Shown here: positions 7,742-16,705 of the stretch, in pieces | How the letters are laid out: every line of letters begins with the position of its first letter | Position numbering within the stretch: position 1 is the first letter of the stretch | DNA from: an uncultured Candidatus Saccharibacteria bacterium | Lineage (GTDB): Bacteria; Patescibacteriota; Minisyncoccia; Phycocordibacterales; XYD1-FULL-46-19 | NCBI GenBank assembly: GCA_964639285.1 | Contig: CAZXCI010000003.1 | Coordinates: 31,187 to 95,186, forward strand | Length of the DNA stretch: 64,000 nt | Direction: 5' to 3' | Notes under the pieces: generated by a model | Told to the model about the DNA's origin: nothing | The model's database searches: none | Seen by the model: the letters and a program-made list of their open reading frames with translations, nothing else | Program-made: the position numbers and the translations under genes

Positions 7742-10195
7742 TCACGCCATTTTCTCAAGCCCGCCCCAACAAGAGCCAATAGCTGAAGAAACCTCAATTG
7801 GAACTGATACCGACACCACCTTCTCCATGGCTTTCTTAATAATCGGTAGAGCCTCTCCGACCACCCCCTCTTTAAGTTCAAAAATTAATTCATCATGTAT
7901 CTGAAGCAAGAGAAAAACTCTGTCGGACAAACCAGCCTCCCGAAGACCTTGGTCGGCCCTAATCATAGCAAGCTTAATAATATCAGCTGCCGTTCCTTGA
8001 AGTGGGGCATTCATCGCCATCCGCTCAGCCCCGGCCTTAATCTGTGGCAAAGATGAGCGAAGGGCTGGTAAATAGCGGCGGCGACCAAACAGAGTCTCGG
8101 TATAACCCCGTTCTCTAGCCTCGACAATAACTGAATCAAAATATTTTTTGATCGTTGGGAAAGAAGCAAAATAATTATCCATGAAGGCCTGAGCCTCATC
8201 TCGTGTTGTGCCCAAATTTGTCTTAAGCGCATTGACCCCCATACCATAAATAATGCCAAAATTAATAACCTTGGCCCTTCGCCTCATCTCTTTAGTCACT
8301 TCGTCCTCGCCAACACCGAAGACTCGGGCTGCTACCGAAGCGTGAATATCTTTCCCCTCTCGGAAAATCTTAACCAAGTCAGGATCCTCCGACAATACAG
8401 CCAAGACTCGTAACTCAATTTGCGAATAATCAAGAGATAAGAGCTCGTAGCCGGGGCGAGAGATAAAGGCATTCCTAACAACCGCCCCCTGCTCACCTCG
8501 AGTTGGGATATTCTGAATATTTGGGTTCGTCGAGGACATGCGCCCGGTAGTTGTCCCCGCCTGATTTAGAGTTGGGTGCAAAATATCGCCCTTATCTAAG
8601 AGATCCGGAATATTGTCAATATAAGTCGAAAGCAATTTCTGCAACTCACGATAGGCCAAGATCTCTTCGATAATTGGGTGAACGTCCTTCAGTTTCATTA
8701 GTTCTGATTCACGAGTGGATTGGCTCCCGCCGGCAGTCTTCTTCAGCCCCTTAATTGATAGATTCAATTTGGTAAATAGAATCTCGCCAAGCTGTTTGGG
8801 CGAATTAATGTTGAACTCACTACCAGCAAGGACATGAATCTTCTTTTCTAGTCCTGATAATTTGCTGTGGTAATCCTGAGAAAGTTTCTCCAACAACTTC
8901 TTGTCAACTTTAATCCCTCGCTCTCTCGCTCTATCTAATATTGATATAAGGGGTAACTCAATTTCTTGGTAAACTTTTGTTAAACCAAGCTTCTCGAGAT
9001 CAGCAATAATTTTTTCTCTAGCTTTAACCAAGTTATCGGTCCCGGCTTCGGTAGGCAAGCCGACGTAATTGAAGATATCTTCGGGCTTAGGATTGGTTAA
9101 GTCAGAATTGATGAGCCAGAGGGCAAGGGCGAGTTTTTTGATTTCTGTTTCTTCTGGCTCGGTGCGAAAAACGACTTGGCTACGCGAAGTCGCATTTCTC
9201 ACCTCGCCAGATGTGACTTCTTGCCCAGAAGGTCCGTCCTTAAGTGTGCCCAAGGTCGGACCTTGATTGGGGCCCGTTTCTTTCAATTTCTTCAATCTCC
9301 CAATTAAAGTTCGAAAATCTAGCTCGATAAATAATTCTTCAGCCAATTTAGTGTCAAAAGTTTCTACCCAAGTTTCTTTCGATAATTTGAAGTCAATCTT
9401 AGCGTCACGCCGGATCATCGCTAAAGTTTTAGAAAAAACGGCTTCTTCTTCACTCGCCTTCAAAATCTCAACAATTCTCGGTTTAATCCCCTTCTCTGAA
9501 AAAGATTCCTCGTTTTTCTTAATTTTTTTATAAAGGTCTTCAATTGTCCCAAATTCTTGAATCAGGGTCGTCGCCGTCTTCTCCCCTACACCTTCAACAC
9601 CAATAATATTATCAGATGGATCTCCACGCAAACCCTTATAATCAGTTAAGAATTTGGGCTCAAAACCATAACGCTCTTTTACCAATTTCTCATCATAAAT
9701 AACCGTATCGTTCAAACCCTTCTTCAAGGTAAAGACGACCACGCGATCATTATCAACCAACTGGAGAGTATCCATATCGCCAGAGGCAATAATTATCTGT
9801 GCCTCTTTCTCCTTCTTCAATTTCTCGACAATCGTCCCAATAATATCGTCCGCCTCAAAACCAGGTTGATCATAAATGGGGATATGGAAAGAAGTAAAAA
9901 TGTCTCGCGAGCGAATAATCTGTGAGATTAGCCCCGGCTCTGCCTTTGGTCGCTTGGCTTTATAATCATCATAGATCTGTTTGCGAAAAGTTGGTTCGGC
10001 TCGATCATAACAGGCAAAGATATAATCAGGTTTAAGATCGGTGATAATACGCATCATCATCGAAGCCAGCCCATAGAGACCCCCAGTTGGTTCCCCTTTG
10101 CTCGACGAGAAATCTGGTAAAGCGTGATAAGCTCGATGCAAGATCGCATGAGCGTCAATCAAAACTATTTTTGTCTTATAAGTTTTCTTAGCCAT
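7742..10195 (-). CDS. polA: DNA polymerase I (5'-3' exonuclease plus polymerase domains; 817 aa, 3'-5' exonuclease region reduced)
   Basis: N-terminal 5'-3' exo motifs (IVLIDAHAILHRAYHAL), polymerase motif A/B/C region (RRRAKVINFGIIYGMG, QIHDELIFE). Confidence 0.9.
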   Translation of the reverse strand: MAKKTYKTKIVLIDAHAILHRAYHALPDFSSSKGEPTGGLYGLASMMMRIITDLKPDYIFACYDRAEPTFRKQIYDDYKAKRPKAEPGLISQIIRSRDIFTSFHIPIYDQPGFEADDIIGTIVEKLKKEKEAQIIIASGDMDTLQLVDNDRVVVFTLKKGLNDTVIYDEKLVKERYGFEPKFLTDYKGLRGDPSDNIIGVEGVGEKTATTLIQEFGTIEDLYKKIKKNEESFSEKGIKPRIVEILKASEEEAVFSKTLAMIRRDAKIDFKLSKETWVETFDTKLAEELFIELDFRTLIGRLKKLKETGPNQGPTLGTLKDGPSGQEVTSGEVRNATSRSQVVFRTEPEETEIKKLALALWLINSDLTNPKPEDIFNYVGLPTEAGTDNLVKAREKIIADLEKLGLTKVYQEIELPLISILDRARERGIKVDKKLLEKLSQDYHSKLSGLEKKIHVLAGSEFNINSPKQLGEILFTKLNLSIKGLKKTAGGSQSTRESELMKLKDVHPIIEEILAYRELQKLLSTYIDNIPDLLDKGDILHPTLNQAGTTTGRMSSTNPNIQNIPTRGEQGAVVRNAFISRPGYELLSLDYSQIELRVLAVLSEDPDLVKIFREGKDIHASVAARVFGVGEDEVTKEMRRRAKVINFGIIYGMGVNALKTNLGTTRDEAQAFMDNYFASFPTIKKYFDSVIVEARERGYTETLFGRRRYLPALRSSLPQIKAGAERMAMNAPLQGTAADIIKLAMIRADQGLREAGLSDRVFLLLQIHDELIFELKEGVVGEALPIIKKAMEKVVSVSVPIEVSSAIGSCWGGLEKMA

Positions 10196-10196
10196 C

Positions 10197-10703
10197 TTAG
10201 AAAGAAGAGTCTATCTCTCTTGTCTTCTCGTCGATAAATTTAAAATTAATTTTGTGCTCAGCCCTGGTAAAAAGGTCGGCAACTTTCTCTGGCCATTCTA
10301 CCACAATTAGATTGTCGGGGTTGGCAACGAGTTCAGCCCAGCCCAAATTTAATAAATCCGCCCCCGAATTCAAACGATAAGCATCGATATGGACCAAATT
10401 TTTCACTGAGAGGTGGAACTTCTCCGTCGCGGACGGTGAGATTTTATAACTTTTCATTAAAACAAAGGTTGGACTAGTTACATAATTTTTAACGCCCAAC
10501 TCACGAGCAAGAGCTTGAGTAAAAGTAGTTTTGCCCGAGCCCAAGTCCCCTTCTAATAACAAAACTACTGCTCCGTTTCTAACTAAGTGCGCTTCCGAAC
10601 TTTGAGCTCCCAAACTTAATAAAATTTTAGTCGCAAAGTTAGAAGTTTCTTCAATAGATTTAGAAAGAGTTTCCATCTCTTTAAGATTAGCAAACGAGAA
10701 CAA
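10197..10703 (-). CDS. tsaE: tRNA threonylcarbamoyladenosine biosynthesis protein TsaE
   Basis: P-loop GDLGSGKTTFTQALAREL, about 160 aa, YjeE/TsaE family pattern. Confidence 0.75.
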   Translation of the reverse strand: MFSFANLKEMETLSKSIEETSNFATKILLSLGAQSSEAHLVRNGAVVLLLEGDLGSGKTTFTQALARELGVKNYVTSPTFVLMKSYKISPSATEKFHLSVKNLVHIDAYRLNSGADLLNLGWAELVANPDNLIVVEWPEKVADLFTRAEHKINFKFIDEKTREIDSSF

Positions 10704-10711
10704 AAAGAAAA

Positions 10712-10742
10712 GGCGCCGGGAAAGGAAACCTTTCCCGGCGCC
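10712..10742. terminator. Strong GC-rich hairpin (GGCGCCGGGAAAGG-AAA-CCTTTCCCGGCGCC) between convergently ending genes
   Basis: 14-bp perfect stem; flanked by an A-tract upstream and GAAACG downstream. Confidence 0.5.
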
Positions 10743-10757
10743 GAAACGCCTGCGCAG

Positions 10758-11267
10758 TTAATAACGAAATCGATTTAACTGCGCTTGATAATTCAGGTTC
10801 AACTGGTCACAGGCCAGTCGATGATCCAGACTTAGCTGGTCCAGCCGAAGTTGGTAATCCAGGCTGAGCTGAGAAAGCTGGTCCTGCTGGCCCCGAAGCT
10901 CATCTCTTTCGGCTTGGTACCAAATCTGAAGTTGGCCCTTTTGGCTCCGATATTCCATATCGAGCCGACCTTTCTCCTGACGGTACCACATTTGGAGCTC
11001 ATTCCTCATCTGGCGATTCCGGTCAGACTGAGCCCGCTGAATACTTCTTCCGATTCCCCGAAATAAAGAGCTGGCCACGTTATTATTGTGGTAATAACGT
11101 GGGGCCGAGCAATGAGAAGAAGAGTGGTGCCCAGAGCCAACCGACACCCGGAGACCTCCATGACCGATGAACACGGAGACAGGTCGATGGCTACTGTGAC
11201 CCGCAAAGGCCGGACCGGCAACCAGGACAACCAACAACACGATAACAATAACGACAAAGTGCTTCAT
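10758..11267 (-). CDS. Secreted His-rich protein with tandem Q/L/Y/R heptad-like repeats (CpxP/Spy/ZraP-like?), hypothetical
   Basis: Signal peptide MKHFVVIVIVLLVVLVAGPAFA, His clusters (HSSHRP, GHHSSSH), C-terminal repeats LQMWYRQEKGRLDMEYRSQKGQLQIWYQAERDELRG...LSLDYQLRLDQLSLDHRL. Confidence 0.5.
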   Translation of the reverse strand: MKHFVVIVIVLLVVLVAGPAFAGHSSHRPVSVFIGHGGLRVSVGSGHHSSSHCSAPRYYHNNNVASSLFRGIGRSIQRAQSDRNRQMRNELQMWYRQEKGRLDMEYRSQKGQLQIWYQAERDELRGQQDQLSQLSLDYQLRLDQLSLDHRLACDQLNLNYQAQLNRFRY

Positions 11268-11593
11268 GATCTTTCTCCCAAGCTTCCGTCTTAGGCGGAG
11301 CCATTGTAGTTTTCGTTCAGAATTTTAACACTAACTCTATTTTCTATTATAGCACAATGCCTATCTCTTTGTCAAGCTAATTTGACGAAATTGCCAGAAA
11401 ATGGCCTATTTAAGGGACTTATCCACTCCTCTGGGTTGCCGAAATACTCAGTCCTGCTAGTAATGAATAAGGAAAAAAGGTAAAATAATTGAAATGAGTC
11501 CCGTTAGAAATTTAAACATAAAAAAAGAAGTGCTTTTGATACCTGGTAAAAACAAAGGTCCAAAATTTTATAATGAAGTAAATTTCTAATGGG

Positions 11594-13309
11594 ATGAGTG
11601 ACGAACAAAGCAACATCCAAACCAGTAATCGCCAGATCGAGGAGCTCCGAGCCAAAGAGGCTGAAGAATTAGCTCAAGTGTTAGCTGACCACTACAAACT
11701 CCCCTATCTTGACCTCTCGAAGACACTTATAAACACCGACGCCCTTCGACTTATTCCCGAAAACGAGGCCAGACAAGCTGGAGTCGCCGCCTTTCGTTTA
11801 AACGGCAAGAGTCTTAGCCTGGCGTTAATTTCTCCAGAAAGAAATGAAGCTCAAGCCTTAATTGAAGAGCTAAAAAATAAAAACTTTAAATTGTCTCTCT
11901 ACTTGGCCTCCGAACCAGGGATAGAGACGGCCTGGGAAAAATATGCCGAAATTTCTAAATCTAACCGTTCTCGAGCTGGTTTAATCGAAATCTCCAGCGA
12001 AAGCATTGCTGAGTTTAGTGAAAAGTTTAAAACACTAAAAGATATTGAAGCCGAAATTACCAAAGAAAGCCTCATTGCCGAAAAAGAAGGGGGGATCTCT
12101 GGCATCCTAGAGATTATTATGGCCGGCGGTCTCGTCACCGAAGCCTCCGATATCCATATCGAACCAGAGCAAGACGACATCCGTCTTCGCTATCGACTCG
12201 ACGGCGTCCTTGAGGATATTTCCTCTTTTCCAACCAAAATCTATATCCAAGTGATTTCCAGACTTAAACTAGTCTCAGGAATGAAATTAAACATCAAAAA
12301 ATCTTCTCAAGATGGCCGCTTTAGTATTGTTCTTAAAAATACCGAGATTGAAATTCGTACCTCTGTCATCCCTTCAGCTTATGGCGAGTCTGTTGTCATG
12401 CGTATTCTTAACCCAGAATCAATCAATGTCACTTTTGAGAAACTAGGGATTGAGCCAGAACTTTTCGCCACCTTCAAGAGAGAGATTAGTAAACCAAACG
12501 GTCTCGTCTTGCTTACTGGTCCAACAGGATCAGGTAAGACAACGACACTCTACTCTTTCTTGCGAGAAGTTAATTCAACTGAGAGCAAAATTATAACGAT
12601 TGAAGACCCTATCGAATACCACCTTGAGGGAATAAACCAAACTCAAGTTAACCGTGGGCAAGGTTATACTTTCCTTTCAGGTCTGCGAAGTGCTCTGCGT
12701 CAAGATCCCGATATCATAATGGTGGGAGAAATTCGTGACCCAGAAACAGCCAAGATCGCGATTCAGTCATCCTTAACTGGCCATCTCGTTTTCTCTACGC
12801 TTCACACCAACAATGCTCAAGGTGCTATTCCTCGCCTAATTGATCTCGGCCTTAACCCTAAGATTATCACCTCGGCCTTAACCCTCTCTATCGCCCAACG
12901 CCTTCTGCGTAAACTTTGCGAATCTTGCAAAAAAGAGCGGGAAATGAAAGATTGGGAAAAAGATCTTATTGAGAAAGTTCTCGAAAGCGCCAAGAAGAAA
13001 CGTCCTGAGCTAATCCCGGCTAATTGGACCGGCGAAATTACCGGCAACAAGATTTATGAAAAAGTTGGTTGTGAGAAATGTCACGGCACCGGCTTCAAGG
13101 GCCGAGAAGGTATCTTCGAGGCTATTTATATGGATGACGCTGTTGCGGCCGCAGCTATTTCTAACCCAAACGAAAAAGAAATTAAGATTGCCGCCATACC
13201 ACAAAAAATCCTCGACATGCGCCAAGATGGAATGCTAAAAGTGGTTAAGGGTGAGACAACAATAGAAGAAATGGGGAGAGTTATTGACCTTTACGAGGAA
13301 ATTATTTAG
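11594..13309 (+). CDS. pilB: Type IV pilus assembly ATPase PilB (GspE family)
   Basis: N-terminal GspII_E N domain, Walker A LLTGPTGSGKTTTLYS, Asp/His boxes, tetracysteine motif CESCKK...CEKCHGTG. Confidence 0.85.
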   Translation: MSDEQSNIQTSNRQIEELRAKEAEELAQVLADHYKLPYLDLSKTLINTDALRLIPENEARQAGVAAFRLNGKSLSLALISPERNEAQALIEELKNKNFKLSLYLASEPGIETAWEKYAEISKSNRSRAGLIEISSESIAEFSEKFKTLKDIEAEITKESLIAEKEGGISGILEIIMAGGLVTEASDIHIEPEQDDIRLRYRLDGVLEDISSFPTKIYIQVISRLKLVSGMKLNIKKSSQDGRFSIVLKNTEIEIRTSVIPSAYGESVVMRILNPESINVTFEKLGIEPELFATFKREISKPNGLVLLTGPTGSGKTTTLYSFLREVNSTESKIITIEDPIEYHLEGINQTQVNRGQGYTFLSGLRSALRQDPDIIMVGEIRDPETAKIAIQSSLTGHLVFSTLHTNNAQGAIPRLIDLGLNPKIITSALTLSIAQRLLRKLCESCKKEREMKDWEKDLIEKVLESAKKKRPELIPANWTGEITGNKIYEKVGCEKCHGTGFKGREGIFEAIYMDDAVAAAAISNPNEKEIKIAAIPQKILDMRQDGMLKVVKGETTIEEMGRVIDLYEEII

Positions 13310-13326
13310 TTCTTTCCGTTCTTTGT

Positions 13327-13514
13327 CAATCAAGGGTACAAATCTCTAAACAATCTCTTTCGTAATGCAACTAAAGTTAGGAAAATTATCCAGGAGAGTT
13401 CCCGTCTGATCCACTGCGAGGGTGGGGACCGGAACATCCTATCAAAAAGACCCGTTAGGTCAATAAATTGACCTAGATTGTTTAGAGATTTGTAGGCTTG
13501 ATTGTCTGAGTTCT
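13327..13514. repeat. Intergenic element bounded by 29-bp near-perfect inverted repeats (CAATCAAGGGTACAAATCTCTAAACAATC / GATTGTTTAGAGATTTGTAGGCTTGATTG) enclosing a 130-bp core with an internal palindrome (TAGGTCAATAAATTGACCTA)
   Basis: 27 of 29 nt complementary between arms at 13327-13355 and 13486-13514; sits between pilB and ruvB. Confidence 0.6.
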
Positions 13515-13536
13515 ATGTTAGCACAAAAGAAATTAT

Positions 13537-14535
13537 ATGTCAAGTATAGAAAATGATGTTTTTTTAGACCGCTCCCTCCGCCCCTCAACCTGGGACGAGT
13601 ATGTTGGGCAGAAATCAATCAAGGACAACTTGGTAATCCTCCTCCAAGCGGCTAAAGAGCGCTCCCATCCACCAGAACACCTCTTATTTTATGGTCCCCC
13701 AGGTCTGGGAAAAACCACTCTGGCTCACCTTATCTCACACGAAATGGGTACTCCTATTAAGGCCACCTCCGGACCAGCCATTGAGAAGGTCGGCGACCTC
13801 GCCTCTATCCTCACTAATCTCTCGCCGGGAGACATTCTCTTTATTGACGAAGTCCATCGTCTCAACAAAATGATTGAAGAGGTGCTCTACCCCGCCATGG
13901 AAGCCGGATCTCTTAATATTGTTATTGGCAAGGGACCGGGGGCTCGAGTCATCCAAATTGATCTGCCTCCCTTCACCCTCATTGCCGCAACCACCAGAGT
14001 TGCCATGATCTCTGCCCCTCTTCGCTCACGCTTCTCAGGTGGAACTTACCGCCTAGAGTTCTATACTGAAAATGAAATAAAGACAATTATTAAGCGCTCA
14101 GCCCAACTTCTAGGAATTAAGATTGATGATGAGGCCAGCACCGAAATCGCTCGTCGATCCCGCTTCACTCCCCGCTTGGCCAATCATCTCCTAAAGCGTT
14201 GTCGAGACTATGCCCAAATTTCTAAGAAACCCCTCTCAGCCAAAATAGTAAAAGAAGCACTGGCCATGCAAGGCATTGATGAATTAGGTCTCTCTGAAGC
14301 TGATCGAAAATTACTGGAAGTGATCATTAGTAAGTTTAATGGCGGCCCAGTAGGGCTTGGCACCGTCGCGACCGCCCTGTCTGAAGAAGAAGAAACCATC
14401 GAAGACGTCAATGAACCCTACCTTATCCAACTCGGCTTCCTCGAACGCACCCCTAGGGGTCGTATTGCCACCCCAAGAGCCTATGAGCATCTAGGATATG
14501 ACGCGCCAACAAACAAACAAGAGAAATTAATTTGA
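13537..14535 (+). CDS. ruvB: Holliday junction DNA helicase RuvB
   Basis: LLFYGPPGLGKTTLAHLISHEMG Walker A, sensor motifs, C-terminal winged helix. Confidence 0.9.
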   Translation: MSSIENDVFLDRSLRPSTWDEYVGQKSIKDNLVILLQAAKERSHPPEHLLFYGPPGLGKTTLAHLISHEMGTPIKATSGPAIEKVGDLASILTNLSPGDILFIDEVHRLNKMIEEVLYPAMEAGSLNIVIGKGPGARVIQIDLPPFTLIAATTRVAMISAPLRSRFSGGTYRLEFYTENEIKTIIKRSAQLLGIKIDDEASTEIARRSRFTPRLANHLLKRCRDYAQISKKPLSAKIVKEALAMQGIDELGLSEADRKLLEVIISKFNGGPVGLGTVATALSEEEETIEDVNEPYLIQLGFLERTPRGRIATPRAYEHLGYDAPTNKQEKLI

Positions 14536-14538
14536 CAC

Positions 14539-14568
14539 AAAAAAACCGGCCTCAGGCCGGTTTTTTTT
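14539..14568. terminator. Bidirectional terminator AAAAAAACCGGCC-TCAG-GCCGGTTTTTTTT after ruvB
   Basis: Perfect stem with symmetric A/T tracts. Confidence 0.55.
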
Positions 14569-14572
14569 GTAA

Positions 14573-14791
14573 TTATTGTTTCTCTAAATTATGCTGCTCG
14601 TCTAAAACGTCATAAAGCTTAGCTAAACTAGAAGCGGCTTCTTCATCTGAAATTTTATCAGCTGACAACCGGGAGAAAAGATCACGGCCAATAGCCAAAG
14701 ACTCTTCTTTTTTTGCGACGTCAACAAACTCATCTTGAGCTCTCTGTAAGAAATTTTCGACCCCTGAGATCAATTGTCCTGTCGTGACCAC
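14573..14791 (-). CDS. Hypothetical small acidic protein (72 aa, GTG start)
   Basis: ORF only; no family recognised; alternative start codon. Confidence 0.2.
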   Translation of the reverse strand: MVTTGQLISGVENFLQRAQDEFVDVAKKEESLAIGRDLFSRLSADKISDEEAASSLAKLYDVLDEQHNLEKQ

Positions 14792-14927
14792 CTCAAAAAA
14801 CTCTTGTAAGCCACCTCCTCATCATCGAGGGGAACAAGGGCGCCTTTAACCCTTTGGGGGAGAACTTGACCAAGGTCGAATAACTTCCCCACCCCCCGTC
14901 TCTCGGCCAATCACCAACCCGCTACTG

Positions 14928-14970
14928 TTCCAACGGAAAATCCGCTGAGAGGTAGCGGGTTTTCTTTTTG
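14928..14970 (+). terminator. Plus-strand intrinsic terminator (CCCGCTAC...GTAGCGGG followed by TTTTCTTTTT)
   Basis: 8-bp stem with 24-nt loop and a T-tract; no plus-strand CDS precedes it, implying a non-coding transcript from 14.8-14.96 kb. Confidence 0.4.
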
Positions 14971-14971
14971 C

Positions 14972-14998
14972 AATGTTCAACACTGGGTGTTGAACATT
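14972..14998. promoter_or_regulatory. Perfect 12-bp-arm palindrome AATGTTCAACAC-TGG-GTGTTGAACATT (operator-like site) immediately upstream of a promoter
   Basis: Exact dyad symmetry seen in sequence; located 14 nt upstream of the -35 hexamer at 15013. Confidence 0.35.
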
Positions 14999-15012
14999 TT
15001 GACTGAAAAAAC

Positions 15013-15040
15013 TTGACTTTTTGATGAGAAAGTCTATACT
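15013..15040 (+). promoter_or_regulatory. Sigma70-like promoter (TTGACT - 16 nt - TATACT) driving a roughly 60-nt transcript that ends at the 15076-15110 hairpin
   Basis: Near-consensus hexamers; downstream hairpin GGAAGCCCCC-TAAA-GGGGGCTTCC plus U-rich tail. Confidence 0.4.
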
Positions 15041-15075
15041 GTAAGGACATTTTGCTTCCCTTGTGGAAGTTCCGA

Positions 15076-15110
15076 GGAAGCCCCCTAAAGGGGGCTTCCG
15101 TTTAGTTTAG
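15076..15110 (+). terminator. Hairpin GGAAGCCCCC-TAAA-GGGGGCTTCC followed by GTTTAGTTTAGTT
   Basis: 10-bp perfect stem; the U-rich tail is on the plus strand only, although it also abuts the 3' end of the minus-strand MazF-like gene. Confidence 0.4.
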
Positions 15111-15515
15111 TTAAAAAAACTTTTTTAGTTCTTTCACCACTTGTTCGAAATCAGGTTCAGCCATTTCTCCAACCTTTCTGATAAACCTTCGACTATCAAG
15201 GGTCCTCAATTGGGATAAATTGACTGTGTTCTTGGCGCCTTCACCATTCATAAATTCTATTTTATATCTCCCCCTTTTGATCGAACTTGAAATCGGGGCA
15301 ACCAAAGAGGAGTCTTTATTAAAAACCTTGGTGACAAGAACAGGCCTTTCAAATTTTTTATTCTTACCATTTGTCTCGACTCCAACATTCTGACCAAGGC
15401 TAACCCACCAAATCTCTTTCTTATTAGGAAAAGTAAGACTTTCCGTAACATGTATCCTTATTTTTAGTTTAATCCAGTCAGCAAAGATTTTTACCAATTC
15501 TCTAGTTATTTCCAT
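15111..15515 (-). CDS. PemK/MazF-family endoribonuclease toxin-like protein with a roughly 30-aa N-terminal extension; no adjacent antitoxin gene
   Basis: EIWWVSLGQNVGVETNGK..RPVLVTKVFNKDSSLVAPISSS...VNLSQLRTLDSRRFIRKVGEM matches the Kid/PemK pattern (EIWLVSLDPTAGHEQQGTRPVLIV...PVTS...DQ.RTID). Confidence 0.5.
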   Translation of the reverse strand: MEITRELVKIFADWIKLKIRIHVTESLTFPNKKEIWWVSLGQNVGVETNGKNKKFERPVLVTKVFNKDSSLVAPISSSIKRGRYKIEFMNGEGAKNTVNLSQLRTLDSRRFIRKVGEMAEPDFEQVVKELKKFF

Positions 15516-15553
15516 GGCTTTTATTTTATCACAAAGTTTGTTATCTTAGGATT

Positions 15554-16090
15554 ATGTCAGGGCATAATAAATGGTCACAGATTAAAGTGAAGAAGGGGGC
15601 CGAAGATGCCAAGCGCAGTAAATTATTCTCAATGCTCGTCCGAGGAATAACAATGGAGGCCAAGAAGGCCGGCGGGAACCGCGAAGCTCCCGGGCTAAAA
15701 GCGGCTATTCAGCGAGCCAAAGATGCCAATATGCCACTTGATAATGTAGAGCGCGCTATTCAGAAGGGTTTTGGTAGTGAGGGTGATAACTTTGAAGAGG
15801 TTATCTATGAGGCCTATGGGCCAGCTGGGGTGGCTTTAATTATCGTTGGTGTTACTGACAACAAGAATCGAACGACACCAGAAATCAAACATCTTCTCTC
15901 TCAAAAGGGCACGACTTTAGGCGGGGCTGGTTCAACCACCTGGGCTTTTATCAGACAAAACGACGGGAACTTTGTAGCCCAAAATCAAGTCCCCCTTATT
16001 GATACAGACAAAGAGAAATTACTCGAGTTAATCGAAACACTAGAAGAACACGAGGATATTAAAACTATCTATCACACAGCAAACCTTTAG
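15554..16090 (+). CDS. yebC: YebC/PmpR family probable transcriptional regulator (short, 178 aa)
   Basis: MSGHNKWSQIKVKKGAEDAKRSKLFSMLVRGIT N-terminal signature. Confidence 0.8.
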   Translation: MSGHNKWSQIKVKKGAEDAKRSKLFSMLVRGITMEAKKAGGNREAPGLKAAIQRAKDANMPLDNVERAIQKGFGSEGDNFEEVIYEAYGPAGVALIIVGVTDNKNRTTPEIKHLLSQKGTTLGGAGSTTWAFIRQNDGNFVAQNQVPLIDTDKEKLLELIETLEEHEDIKTIYHTANL

Positions 16091-16132
16091 CCCCCCTACA
16101 TACTACATACTAAATACTATATACTGTTTATT

Positions 16133-16627
16133 ATGGTAATTTTAGGTATTGACCCGGGATATGAAAGATTAGGGTTAGCTGTTGTTGACCAAGAAAACAG
16201 TAAAACAAAACTCTTATATTCAGACTGCTTTACAACAAACAAAAAAAGTCTCTTTAATGAGCGACTTCTTTCTCTTGGTATTGAGATAGAGCGGGTTATT
16301 AAAGAATGGAAGCCAGATTTTGTTGCAACAGAAAAACTTTTTTTCACGGTCAACCAAAAAACAGCCATGAATGTGGCTGAAGCTCGAGGGGCAATAAACT
16401 ATCTTTGCGCCAAACATAAGTTACCAGTCATTGAATATACCCCCTTAGAAATTAAAACCTGTATTACCGGCTATGGTTCGGCTGACAAAAAACAGATGAC
16501 AAGCATGATTCCGCACTTGATAAAAATTGATAAAAAAATAAAGTATGATGATGAATATGACGCCATCGGTGTAGCCCTAACTCACCTTGCTCGCGCCCCC
16601 CTCTCGAGGTTATCCACAAGTAAGTAG
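16133..16627 (+). CDS. ruvC: Crossover junction endodeoxyribonuclease RuvC
   Basis: MVILGIDPGYERLGLAVVD catalytic N-terminus, yebC-ruvC synteny. Confidence 0.85.
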   Translation: MVILGIDPGYERLGLAVVDQENSKTKLLYSDCFTTNKKSLFNERLLSLGIEIERVIKEWKPDFVATEKLFFTVNQKTAMNVAEARGAINYLCAKHKLPVIEYTPLEIKTCITGYGSADKKQMTSMIPHLIKIDKKIKYDDEYDAIGVALTHLARAPLSRLSTSK

Positions 16628-16705
16628 CGTACTTTTCTTGCAGAAAAAAACCCTCCATGATAAAAAGATTAAGAAATTGTTATATTAAAAATTAATTTTT
16701 AATTT

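Noticed and set aside
8011-9533. Antisense ORFs within polA (8011-8259 -, 9069-9266 +, 9267-9533 +)
   Set aside because: Nested in or antisense to polA, which has unambiguous motifs.
11440-11590. 31-aa ORF (MSPVRNLNIKKEVLLIPGKNKGPKFYNEVNF) upstream of pilB
   Set aside because: Very short, no conservation cues, and it lies in the probable pilB promoter/leader region.
14573-14791. 72-aa ORF as antitoxin for the MazF-like gene
   Set aside because: About 320 nt away, GTG start, no RHH/AbrB-like features; kept only as a low-confidence hypothetical.
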